Assembly: GCA_964422605.1 (NCBI GenBank)
Contig: CAYRBK010000001.1
Location: forward strand, 100,025 to 153,807
Origin: an uncultured Candidatus Bathyarchaeia archaeon
GTDB taxonomy: Archaea > Thermoproteota > Bathyarchaeia > Bathyarchaeales > DTEX01
Direction of reading: 5' to 3'
DNA: 53,783 nucleotides
Of this stretch, positions 18,486 through 26,552 are shown piece after piece. Both the position numbers and the translations under genes were made by a program. The first letter of the stretch is position 1; the number at the start of each line of letters is the position of its first letter. Under the pieces are notes generated by a model. It did no database searches, was not told the DNA's origin, and was given only the letters and a program-made list of their open reading frames with translations.

Positions 18486-19694
18486 CTAGATTAACCCTAC
18501 CTCGCGAAGTATTCTTCTGAACTCTTCTTCTCTAAGCGATGCTCGTCTTCCTTTGGCGTAGATCCCCTTAACCTTCTGCACCGCGATGTCGAGCTTCTCT
18601 TTGCTCGGTGGCGTCCCGGTGGTCTCTTCAATCTTGTATCTCACGATTGCCTTCCCAGACTGCTTGCCTATGGTCAGCCGGCGCCTGTTCCCGACCAGTT
18701 CAGGAGGGTAGGGTTCATAGGTCAAAGCGTCGCTTAGAACGCCGTGCGTATGGATGCCTGACTCATGCGCAAAGGCATAGTCGCCCACTATAGCCTTGTT
18801 CGGGGGAACTACATAGCCCGTCGCCCGACCTATGAAGTCAGCCACTTGTTTGAGCTTCTTTATCTTCCCTTCAAACTTGCCCACGCCGTGATGCATAAGA
18901 AGGTTCATGATAACCTTCTCGGTTTCAGCATTTCCGGCTCTTTCGCCGATTCCAAGATATGTTGTGCTTGCGTAGACCCTGTCCCAGATACCTGACGCAG
19001 CTCTTACGGCGGCTAAGGTGTTTTCAACGGCGTTCCCGAAGTCGTCGTGGGCGTGAATTTCGACATCCTTGATCTTCGTCTCAGCCTTTATTGCCCTTAC
19101 CTTGATCGGAATGCCGCTGGGCAGAGGAGCGTTGACTGCCGACAAGCCCACACCAACGGTATCACAGATCCTGTAGCATTGGGCGCCTGCATCAGCCATA
19201 GCATTGATGAAACGTTTCTCGAATTCCCAGTCAGCTCTGGTACTGTCTTCGCCGTGAACAAAGACTCTTAGGCCGTGGTCCCTCGCAGCATACTCGACAA
19301 CGTCGACAACTCTGTCCAAGAGTTCGTCCGCGGTCTTATCGGGCCATTTCGCCTTAAAATGGATGTAGGAAACGGGATGCGAAACTCCGATGTCTTCAAA
19401 TCCGCAGCTTATAGCGTCGTCAATATCATCTCTCACAGCTCTACACCATCCCGCTATGCTGGCGTTTAGACCCATGCTGTGGATCAGCCTTGCTGCTTTC
19501 TTGTCGGTTTTCTGAAAGTGGTGCAGCTCGATTCTCTCGACTCCGATCTCGTCCAAGAGACGGGCTATCTCCGCAGCGTCTTCGGGAGAAACAGCCAACC
19601 CTGGCATCTGGACGCCGTCTCTAAGAGTTGTATCATCGATTACCGGATCCGTCTTCAGCGGCAATTTGCTAAATCCAAGATCTGCCAGATCCAT
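18486..19694 (-). CDS. HMGL-family 2-oxoacid:acetyl-CoA synthase (homocitrate / isopropylmalate / citramalate synthase-like)
   Basis: DTTLRDGVQMPG, EIHAHDDFGNAVENTLAAV and the HESGIHTHG motif. At about 400 aa it lacks the LeuA regulatory domain, as in AksA/NifV-type homocitrate synthases. Substrate cannot be assigned from sequence by eye. Confidence 0.75.
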   Translation of the reverse strand: MDLADLGFSKLPLKTDPVIDDTTLRDGVQMPGLAVSPEDAAEIARLLDEIGVERIELHHFQKTDKKAARLIHSMGLNASIAGWCRAVRDDIDDAISCGFEDIGVSHPVSYIHFKAKWPDKTADELLDRVVDVVEYAARDHGLRVFVHGEDSTRADWEFEKRFINAMADAGAQCYRICDTVGVGLSAVNAPLPSGIPIKVRAIKAETKIKDVEIHAHDDFGNAVENTLAAVRAASGIWDRVYASTTYLGIGERAGNAETEKVIMNLLMHHGVGKFEGKIKKLKQVADFIGRATGYVVPPNKAIVGDYAFAHESGIHTHGVLSDALTYEPYPPELVGNRRRLTIGKQSGKAIVRYKIEETTGTPPSKEKLDIAVQKVKGIYAKGRRASLREEEFRRILREVGLI

Positions 19695-19744
19695 GTTGGA
19701 TGCTGCTCCAAGACCTTACTGGCTGAGTGTCCAGCAAGCATATT

Positions 19745-20044
19745 CTACGTTAAGCCTAAAGCGGGAGGATGGAAGATTGATATCAAGGTTTCCGTATGAA
19801 CCACGTTTGGGTGCTGCTCGACCATCTCGTAGATTATCTTCCCGAGTTCTTCTAGGCTCTCCGCTTCAACGACGACCACTGCGTCAAACCTTCCTAAGAC
19901 CGAGCTGGCCATCTTCACGCCTTTTATCCGTCTAGACCTCACAATCTCCTCCGATGTTCCAGGCTTTACCGTGACCATCAGGAAGGCTCTTAGGGCTTTA
20001 CGGCGTAAGTCCTTGGTCAAATATAGGTCACCGTTCCCTTTCAT
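19745..20044 (-). CDS. stand-alone Lrp/AsnC ligand-binding (RAM) domain protein, copy 2
   Basis: RAFLMVTVKPGTSEEIV...LGRFDAVVVVEAESLEELGKIIYEMVEQHPNVVHTETLISI parallels the RAM fold pattern and the upstream paralogue. There is no HTH domain. Its ATG overlaps the upstream stop by 4 nt. Confidence 0.6.
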   Translation of the reverse strand: MKGNGDLYLTKDLRRKALRAFLMVTVKPGTSEEIVRSRRIKGVKMASSVLGRFDAVVVVEAESLEELGKIIYEMVEQHPNVVHTETLISIFHPPALGLT

Positions 20045-20304
20045 GAAGTCTTAGCAGATTCGCCGGCCGATAGACTCTCGAGTACCAAGGATGTTTCTGT
20101 GTGGATTATGTTCGGGTCCTTCTCGATGACCTTATATAGTATCTCGTTTATGCTTTCAAGGCTTGGCGCTTCTATCACGATGACGGCGTCGTATCTTCCG
20201 TAGATGGCGTCTGCTTGTGTGACTTCCTTCACTTTCCTCTTTATTCGCTCAACGACTTGCAGCGACGTCGCAGGCTTTGTCTCTAGGAATATGTAGGCTC
20301 TCAT
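20041..20304 (-). CDS. stand-alone Lrp/AsnC ligand-binding (RAM) domain protein, copy 1
   Basis: MRAYIFLETKPATSLQVVERI...YGRYDAVIVIEAPSLESINEILYKVIEKDPNIIHTETSLVL. 87 aa with no HTH domain. A strong GGTGAGGTGA lies directly upstream of the ATG. Confidence 0.65.
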   Translation of the reverse strand: MRAYIFLETKPATSLQVVERIKRKVKEVTQADAIYGRYDAVIVIEAPSLESINEILYKVIEKDPNIIHTETSLVLESLSAGESAKTS

Positions 20305-20348
20305 TCACCTCACCACCTCAATCCTTCTTGTCTTCAATTCCTTTAACC

Positions 20349-21821
20349 TTAATAGTCTAGGTACTTCATGATCTCCCAAGGGGTCACATAGAGGCAATAC
20401 TGGTTCCAATCGTTCGTCTTATACTCTATAAAGGCGTCGAATATGTGGCTCCCAAGCGTCCTATGGATGACTTCGCTACTCTTCATCTCTTCCAAGGCAT
20501 CTTTCAAAGTTGTCGGAAGCTCCTTTATGCCCATGGCTCTCCTCCTTTCAGGAGACAGCTTGTAGACATCTTCATCAACCGGGTCGCCCGGGTCGACCTT
20601 CTTCCTGATTCCCTCAAGCCCCGCCGTCAGCAGGCAAGATAAGGCAAGATAGGCATTGCATGAGGGATCTACCCCTCGGTATTCGACACGCTTGTGGGAC
20701 GCGTAGCCTGGTCCTTTGTAGTACACTGGTATCCGCGCTAAGGCAGACCTGTTTCGGCGTGACCACATGACGTAGATTGGAGCCTCAAAGCCGGGGACAA
20801 GCCGCTTGTAGGAACTCACTGTGGGGCAGCACACAGCGGTCAGAGCTCTGGCATGTTCAAGCAGCCCACCGATAAAGTATCTTCCAACTTGGCTGAGCTC
20901 AGCATACTCGTCGCTCCTGTCGTACATGACGTTCTCTTTGCCCTCCCAGATAGAGATGTGGACATGCATCCCGCTAGCGTTGTCCAGGTAGACTGGCTTC
21001 GGCATGAAAGTGGCAATCATCCCGTGTTTCTTAGCCACATTCTTCGCTACGAACTTGTAGTACAGGGCCTTGTCAGCTGTTTCTATCAGCCCTCCGAAAC
21101 GGAAGTCTATCTCAAGCTGGCCCGCGGTCGCGACCTCGTGATGGTGCTTCTCAATAGTAAACCCGAAGTAGTCTTCGAGAACTGAGGAGACCTCATTGCG
21201 ATATTCGATTGTAGTGTCTTCTGGCGGTGGCCTATAGTAAGCTTCTTTGGGTCTGAGGGTGAAGTTGCCAGCAGAGATTTCAGGAGATTGAGGCACGACC
21301 CTTGGAGCGCCCCAAGAGTCACCTTCACCTCCTTTCGGGCTGACCCAAAGATCCCAAGTAAGCTTAGTCGGGTCGATTGAGGAGAAGAGGAAGTACTCCA
21401 GCTCCGGGGCAAAGCAGGCAGTGTATCCCATCGCCTCGGCTGCTTTTACCGCTCGCCTCGCAACATGTCCCCTTGCGCAGACTTCTGAGGGCTCCTTGCC
21501 GCCGTAGGCCTCGTAGACATCCCCCAAGACGATGGCGCTCTTCTGGTTCTCCTCTTTGGTCCAAGGGATTATGGCGAGGGTCTTTGGGTCTGGCATGAGG
21601 ATCATGTCGGATTCTTCGATGGATTTGAAGCCTCTCACTGATGAACCATCGAAACCCAAACCGGATTCAAAGGCAGTTCCTTCAGTGAAATCTCTTGCGG
21701 GTATAACCATGTCTTGCATTAAACCGCGGATATCGACGAACGCTGTGTGAACCCATCGTACGTTGTTTTTCCTCAAGGTCTCAATTGCGCTTTCTAAGGT
21801 TGCAGCCTCCATGTAACGCAC
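20349..21821 (-). CDS. glnA: glutamine synthetase, type I
   Basis: 490 aa. It has the beta-grasp N-terminus (VRWVHTAFVDIRG), the GFDGSS motif, the KPVYLDNASGMHVHISIW ATP/metal region and a SYKRLVPGFEAP segment typical of GSI. Confidence 0.88.
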   Translation of the reverse strand: MRYMEAATLESAIETLRKNNVRWVHTAFVDIRGLMQDMVIPARDFTEGTAFESGLGFDGSSVRGFKSIEESDMILMPDPKTLAIIPWTKEENQKSAIVLGDVYEAYGGKEPSEVCARGHVARRAVKAAEAMGYTACFAPELEYFLFSSIDPTKLTWDLWVSPKGGEGDSWGAPRVVPQSPEISAGNFTLRPKEAYYRPPPEDTTIEYRNEVSSVLEDYFGFTIEKHHHEVATAGQLEIDFRFGGLIETADKALYYKFVAKNVAKKHGMIATFMPKPVYLDNASGMHVHISIWEGKENVMYDRSDEYAELSQVGRYFIGGLLEHARALTAVCCPTVSSYKRLVPGFEAPIYVMWSRRNRSALARIPVYYKGPGYASHKRVEYRGVDPSCNAYLALSCLLTAGLEGIRKKVDPGDPVDEDVYKLSPERRRAMGIKELPTTLKDALEEMKSSEVIHRTLGSHIFDAFIEYKTNDWNQYCLYVTPWEIMKYLDY

Positions 21822-21863
21822 CTTGATGCTTATTCAATGGATTGACTTCTTACCATCATTCCG

Positions 21864-21871
21864 TATATAAA
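21864..21871 (-). promoter_or_regulatory. candidate glnA TATA box (TTTATATA on minus strand)
   Basis: A perfect archaeal TATA consensus read on the minus strand, 43-50 nt upstream of the glnA ATG at 21821. Confidence 0.35.
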
Positions 21872-21900
21872 TGTTTCCCCTTTGGAGCAGAAATATTTAA

Positions 21901-21917
21901 GTAAGACGCCATCTTAC
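21901..21917. promoter_or_regulatory. perfect inverted repeat GTAAGA-N5-TCTTAC abutting a TATA-like ATATTTAA; candidate operator
   Basis: Read directly from the sequence: GTAAGA at 21901-21906 and TCTTAC at 21912-21917, immediately downstream of ATATTTAA (21893-21900) and 35 nt upstream of the lrp GTG at 21952. Confidence 0.25.
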
Positions 21918-21951
21918 TGAATGAACGTTCAATTACATACAGAAGACAACG

Positions 21952-22428
21952 GTGAAAAAGTTGGAGTCAGGACCACTGGAAAAGTTCGACCAAACCGATC
22001 TGGCGATTGTCAAGCTGCTCCAAGAGGATTGCCGACTGAGCTTCAACAAGATTGCGGGCAAACTCGGCATATCAGTCGGGACAGCGTACAACCGCATCAG
22101 AAGCCTTGAAGAAAAAGGTGTATTGAAGGGGTACACTGTGCTTGTCGATCCTCTTAAGCTCGGATTCACTATGACAGCTATGGTGCTAATTCAAGCTGAG
22201 GGAACGCACCTTGTAGAGGCGGAGAAGGAGATTGCAGAGATGGAAAGCGTAGTTTCGGTTTACGATATTACTGGAGACTTCGACATCGCCGTCATTGTCC
22301 GGTTCAAAGATAGAAGTGGGTTGAACACGTTCGTGAAGAATCTCTTGTCCATGCCTTACGTGAAGAGAACGGTTACGAACGTTGTCCTCAATGTCGTCAA
22401 GGAAGATTTCAGAATTCATCTCTCCTGA
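21952..22428 (+). CDS. lrp: Lrp/AsnC-family transcriptional regulator (full length: HTH + RAM)
   Basis: LDQTDLAIVKLLQEDCRLSFNKIAGKLGISVGTAYNRIRSLEEKGVLKGY forms the HTH_AsnC domain, followed by a RAM domain. GTG start. It is divergent from glnA. Confidence 0.8.
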   Translation: MKKLESGPLEKFDQTDLAIVKLLQEDCRLSFNKIAGKLGISVGTAYNRIRSLEEKGVLKGYTVLVDPLKLGFTMTAMVLIQAEGTHLVEAEKEIAEMESVVSVYDITGDFDIAVIVRFKDRSGLNTFVKNLLSMPYVKRTVTNVVLNVVKEDFRIHLS

Positions 22429-22464
22429 TGGCTTTCCTGCTACTTGGCAGGAGGTATTGAAGCC

Positions 22465-24135
22465 TTGAAGATTGCTATGGCTCAGGTGAACTCGACTGTA
22501 GGTGATTTGGAGGGTAATGCCAAGAAGATAAGGGCATACGTGGACAAAGCCCGTGGACTCAAAGCTGATCTTGTCATATTCCCCGAACTAGCGGTCACAG
22601 GGTACCCTCCCCAAGACCTGCTTTACGAGAAGGCTTTCGTCCGAGAGAACAAGAGCATACTGCAGGAGATTGTCAGAGACAACGCCGGGATGGTCGCTGT
22701 AGTTGGTTTCGTCGACTATGACAAGACAGGAAACTTGTACAACGCCGCAGCCATATTCGAAGGACGTGAGCATGTTGGCACCGCGCATAAGACACTTCTG
22801 CCTACCTATGACGTTTTTGACGAAGACCGATACTTCAAGCCGTCCGAAGAGCATGAAATCGAACCCGTCAATGTGGCAATCAACGGAAGAAAGACTAGAC
22901 TGGGCGTGGAAATCTGCGAGGATTTGTGGGATCAACAGTACAAGTTGAAGGTTACAGATCTGTTGGTTGAAAGGGGGGCAGAGGTGATCATCAACATTTC
23001 GGCTTCACCTTTCTATGCGGGAAAAAGGTTTGAACGTGAGCAGTTGCTGAAGGAGAAAGCCTCTCGGCTCAGGGTCCCTCTGTTCTATGTCAATCTTGTC
23101 GGCGGCCAGGACGAACTCGTTTTTGACGGACAAAGCCTAGCAGTGGATTCCGCAGGAAACCTCATAGCCTTTGCTAGACGGTTCGAAGAAGACCTAGTGA
23201 TCACAGATATTGACTTGGAAAGGGGAGTTGCTGAAAGGCTTAGTCTTCCACCGTATAACAGAGAGGAGGAAATGTTTGATGCCCTTGTTCTGGGAGTCCG
23301 AGACTATTTTAGGAAGACTGGCTTCCTGAAGGCCGTGGTTGCATTGAGTGGCGGAATCGATTCGTCGCTGACCGCGTGTACAGCCGTTGAGGCTCTGGGC
23401 AAGGAAAATGTCATCGGCGTCTCAATGCCTTCCAGATTCTCGAGCGAACATAGCAGGACCGATGCCCAGCGTTTGGCTGAAAATCTCGGGATCTGTCTCG
23501 TCCAGTTCTCGATACAGGATATTGTCAACCGCTACGATCGAACGCTGGAGAAGCCTTTGGAAGAGATCAGGAGACGCTTTGGGATAGACTGGAAGAGAGA
23601 TGATCCGATTGCTGATGAGAACATCCAGCCCAGAGTGAGAGGAAACTGCCTTATGGACATCTCGAACCGGCTGAGGGATCTGGGAATTCTTGTGCTGAAC
23701 ACTGGAAACAAGACTGAGCTTGCCCTGGGTTACTGTACGCTGTACGGAGACATGACTGGAGGGCTGGGTGCGCTGGGCGACGTAAGCAAGCTTGAGGTTT
23801 ACAGACTAGCCGAACACGTGAATAGAAAAGCAGGAAAAAAGATCATACCAGAAAGTGTGTTCAGCAAGAAGCCGTCGCCAGAGCTCCAAGAAAACCAGTT
23901 CGATCCCTTCGACTTCAACATAGTCAGCCCCATAGTTGACGAGATCATAGAAAACCGGAGGAGTAAACAGGAATTAGTCGAAATGGGTTACCCCCGCGAT
24001 GTCGTTGAAGACACCTACAGGAGAGTCCGGAGGGCAGAATACAAGAGAAGGCAAGCTGCTCCCTGCATAAAGATTACTCGGAAAGCCTTCGGCATCGGAT
24101 GGAAGATGCCCATAGTCAACAAGTACAATGGCTGA
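22465..24135 (+). CDS. nadE: glutamine-dependent NAD+ synthetase (nitrilase-like glutaminase domain + NAD synthetase domain)
   Basis: The N-terminal CN-hydrolase domain (LKIAMAQVNSTVGDLEGN, FPELAVTGY, EICEDLW) is joined to a PP-loop domain (SGGIDSS). The tracked ORF opens at TTG 22444. TTG 22465 follows AGGAGG and reproduces the usual MKIA.AQ.N N-terminus; ATG 22477 is also possible. Confidence 0.85.
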   Translation: MKIAMAQVNSTVGDLEGNAKKIRAYVDKARGLKADLVIFPELAVTGYPPQDLLYEKAFVRENKSILQEIVRDNAGMVAVVGFVDYDKTGNLYNAAAIFEGREHVGTAHKTLLPTYDVFDEDRYFKPSEEHEIEPVNVAINGRKTRLGVEICEDLWDQQYKLKVTDLLVERGAEVIINISASPFYAGKRFEREQLLKEKASRLRVPLFYVNLVGGQDELVFDGQSLAVDSAGNLIAFARRFEEDLVITDIDLERGVAERLSLPPYNREEEMFDALVLGVRDYFRKTGFLKAVVALSGGIDSSLTACTAVEALGKENVIGVSMPSRFSSEHSRTDAQRLAENLGICLVQFSIQDIVNRYDRTLEKPLEEIRRRFGIDWKRDDPIADENIQPRVRGNCLMDISNRLRDLGILVLNTGNKTELALGYCTLYGDMTGGLGALGDVSKLEVYRLAEHVNRKAGKKIIPESVFSKKPSPELQENQFDPFDFNIVSPIVDEIIENRRSKQELVEMGYPRDVVEDTYRRVRRAEYKRRQAAPCIKITRKAFGIGWKMPIVNKYNG

Positions 24136-24181
24136 CAAAGCGAGGTTCCAGTAAGCCCGCCTCGGTTGACGCAGAGCGTTT

Positions 24182-24850
24182 CTACACGACTCTCAGTATG
24201 TCCGGTCTGTCGCTGGCTATGCCATCCACACCTTTCTCGGCATATTCGGAGACTTCATCAGGACTGTTTATGGTCCAGACTATCACCTTTAAGCCGTTCT
24301 CGTGTGCTTTCTGGACATCGGCGGCGTGAGTGAACCTGTAGAGTGGAAGCAGATAGTTCGCCTTCAGATCTGAGGCCGCCTTTACCGGGTTCTTGTGTCT
24401 TACATAAATCAGCCCGGTTTCGACCTCTTTGTCTATGTCTCTAACCCTTCTCAGCGCGTTTTCTATGAAAGAGACGATGACAACGTTCCTCTCGAGCGCC
24501 CTTTCATGGATCTGTCTCACGACCTCTTCCTCGAGGCCTGTTTCCTTGAGTTCGATGATGATCTTCACCTTCTTGTCCAAGAAATCGAGCGCCTCTCTCA
24601 GCGTCGGTACCCTTTCGCCCTTTTCGGTGACAAATCGCTCTATCTCACCAAGCGTAAATTCACTGACCAAGCCTTTGCCATTCGTGGTTCTGTCAACCTC
24701 AGCATCGTGAATGACGACTATCTCGTTGTCCTTTGTTTTCCTGACATCGAACTCAAGAGCGTCAACGCCGAGTTCTACTGCCTTCGCAAAGCTGCGCAGA
24801 GTATTCTCCGGTTCGTAAGCCCTTGCTCCCCTATGACCAATCTTCAACAT
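24182..24850 (-). CDS. glycerophosphodiester phosphodiesterase
   Basis: MLKIGHRGARAYEPENTLRSFAKAVELGVDALEFDVR carries the GDPD HR...E.D signature, and the C-terminal VDGIASDRPD is also typical. 222 aa. Confidence 0.8.
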   Translation of the reverse strand: MLKIGHRGARAYEPENTLRSFAKAVELGVDALEFDVRKTKDNEIVVIHDAEVDRTTNGKGLVSEFTLGEIERFVTEKGERVPTLREALDFLDKKVKIIIELKETGLEEEVVRQIHERALERNVVIVSFIENALRRVRDIDKEVETGLIYVRHKNPVKAASDLKANYLLPLYRFTHAADVQKAHENGLKVIVWTINSPDEVSEYAEKGVDGIASDRPDILRVV

Positions 24851-24924
24851 GGCTTAAGATTGAGAGTCCGCAAACTTAAGATATTCTCTTGCCTACAATT
24901 GCCTTTAGATGAGGGTACGTATTC

Positions 24925-25752
24925 ATGACAGGTCTTATCTCGGTCTCAAGTGCGCCGATTGCCAAACTAGGGGGCAAGAAGTATTGCGACCTCGTTGGCA
25001 CTCTTGAGGTGATGAGAAAAGTCTACCAGGAATCCGCGGTTGATGGCTTCGAATTGCAGCTTGAACCAGAGTGGGACAGTGAAAATCCTCCATTGACAGA
25101 CACCCAGTTCGCCGATTGGAGAGAGACTCCGAAATACACAACCGGGGAAATCTCGACACTGGTAAAGAGAGAGGAAATGCCAATCTTGTCGGTTCACGCC
25201 AGCAGAGATATCGGCAGCTACCTCTGCTCAGGCCGAGAACGAGACGTAGAAAAGGGGAGACGCTTGATCCACGATTCTCTTTCCCTTTCCGAGGATCTGA
25301 GGGCAAGAGTCTGCGTGTTTCATCTTTGGGATACTTGGAAAGAAGAAATCGACGTTAACCAACTGAAGGGAATTCTACTCGACACAGCAGTTCAGTTTCT
25401 CAATGTCAAGGCCTCTGTCGAGAACATCCCAACGCGTCTCAGGGGGTGCACGCCTCTCTCATTGGTCAGCCTCTTTGACTACGTGACGTTGGATCTTAGG
25501 TGGGCATCCATGTATGACGAGTTGAACGGATTTAGAACACTAACCGACAGTATCGTGAATGTTCACTTGCGCGGAAGGCTGGAGCAAGATAGGTGGGTCT
25601 TGGATCGTTCAACCTTTGACTTCTACGAATCTTTACGTACAATAGCGACCAAGTGGAAATATTCAGGATTGCTCACATTGGAGCCAGAGGGCAAGATGGA
25701 CAGCTCATGTTTTCGGGATTTCCTGAAGGCCATGTTATCTTTGAAAATCTAA
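24925..25752 (+). CDS. hypothetical protein, possibly xylose-isomerase-like TIM barrel
   Basis: 275 aa. The strand-end motifs DGFELQ, LSVHAS, VFHLWD, VENIP, VHLRG and LTLEPEG occur in an order reminiscent of AP_endonuc_2/sugar-phosphate isomerase barrels. This is weak by-eye evidence. Confidence 0.3.
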   Translation: MTGLISVSSAPIAKLGGKKYCDLVGTLEVMRKVYQESAVDGFELQLEPEWDSENPPLTDTQFADWRETPKYTTGEISTLVKREEMPILSVHASRDIGSYLCSGRERDVEKGRRLIHDSLSLSEDLRARVCVFHLWDTWKEEIDVNQLKGILLDTAVQFLNVKASVENIPTRLRGCTPLSLVSLFDYVTLDLRWASMYDELNGFRTLTDSIVNVHLRGRLEQDRWVLDRSTFDFYESLRTIATKWKYSGLLTLEPEGKMDSSCFRDFLKAMLSLKI

Positions 25753-25783
25753 TGGGCAACTCAGTCAAGAATGTATGAAAAGG

Positions 25784-26335
25784 CTAGGTTACTGTGCCCG
25801 ATACAATGCTTGAGATAACCTTTAGGAGGTCGGAGCGTGTTATGATTCCTACCAGTTTTCCTCTTCTAGTTACTAGAACTCCTGGATGAGCCTCAAGCAG
25901 CGGTCTTATTGCTCCTATGTCGGTCTCTTCAGGTACTGTGGGAAGAGCTGGCTCCATAACTCTCTCGACGGGTTCCTCAGCAATATCAGGGCTAAGGTTC
26001 CTTACGATCCCTTCTTCAGTGACCATGCCTACTACTCTGTCTCCGTCGACTACAGGCAGCTGAGATATGGCGTGCCTCATCATAAGCTCGCTCACCTTGC
26101 CAATTCTGTCCTCTGGACTTGCGACAATCACCCCGCGTGTCATTATCTCGCCGCATTTTTTCCCTCTTCCGCCGACAAGGATTTGCAGTATCTTGTTAAC
26201 TGTTGACAGCCTAGGATCGACCTTCTCCCCTTCAATCTTCGCAATGTGAGCTTGTGAAACACCTACGAGTCTTGCGAGCTGACCCTGGGTTAGACCCGCT
26301 TCTGTCCGCATTTTCTTCAGCGTGGAGCCTCTCAC
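25784..26335 (-). CDS. XRE-type HTH + CBS-pair transcriptional regulator
   Basis: The N-terminal HTH_3 domain (LKKMRTEAGLTQGQLARLVGVSQAHIAKIE) is followed by two CBS motifs (IMTRGVIVASPEDRIGKVSELMMRHAISQLPVVDGDRVVGMVTE; ...LLEAHPGVLVTRRGKLVGIITRSDL). GTG start at 26335. Confidence 0.7.
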   Translation of the reverse strand: MRGSTLKKMRTEAGLTQGQLARLVGVSQAHIAKIEGEKVDPRLSTVNKILQILVGGRGKKCGEIMTRGVIVASPEDRIGKVSELMMRHAISQLPVVDGDRVVGMVTEEGIVRNLSPDIAEEPVERVMEPALPTVPEETDIGAIRPLLEAHPGVLVTRRGKLVGIITRSDLLKVISSIVSGTVT

Positions 26336-26391
26336 AAGCAGTTCGATAACCTTCAGCTATTTTTGATATACTATGGTCCCAACACTTAAAT

Positions 26392-26481
26392 ATCTTTCCA
26401 CATACCCGCCGTCCATTATACCTAGCCACCTCATGGGTTCGGGCAGGTTGGAATATACAAGATAATACATCTTTCCCACAT
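26392..26481. promoter_or_regulatory. direct repeat ATCTTTCC(C)ACAT, two copies, in the HTH-CBS / mat divergent promoter region
   Basis: ATCTTTCCACAT at 26392-26403 and ATCTTTCCCACAT at 26469-26481, read directly. The first abuts the palindromic TATA-like CTTAAATAT (26385-26393). The second lies 16 nt upstream of TTATATAT (26497-26504). Confidence 0.25.
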
Positions 26482-26496
26482 GGATTATTGCGTAAA

Positions 26497-26504
26497 TTAT
26501 ATAT
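26497..26504 (+). promoter_or_regulatory. candidate TATA box (TTATATAT) for SAM synthetase
   Basis: The AT octamer lies 49 nt upstream of ATG 26553. Confidence 0.3.
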
Positions 26505-26552
26505 CTGGTTGAACTGTTAATTCCACACAGCAAACCCAAACGGCGATGACCC

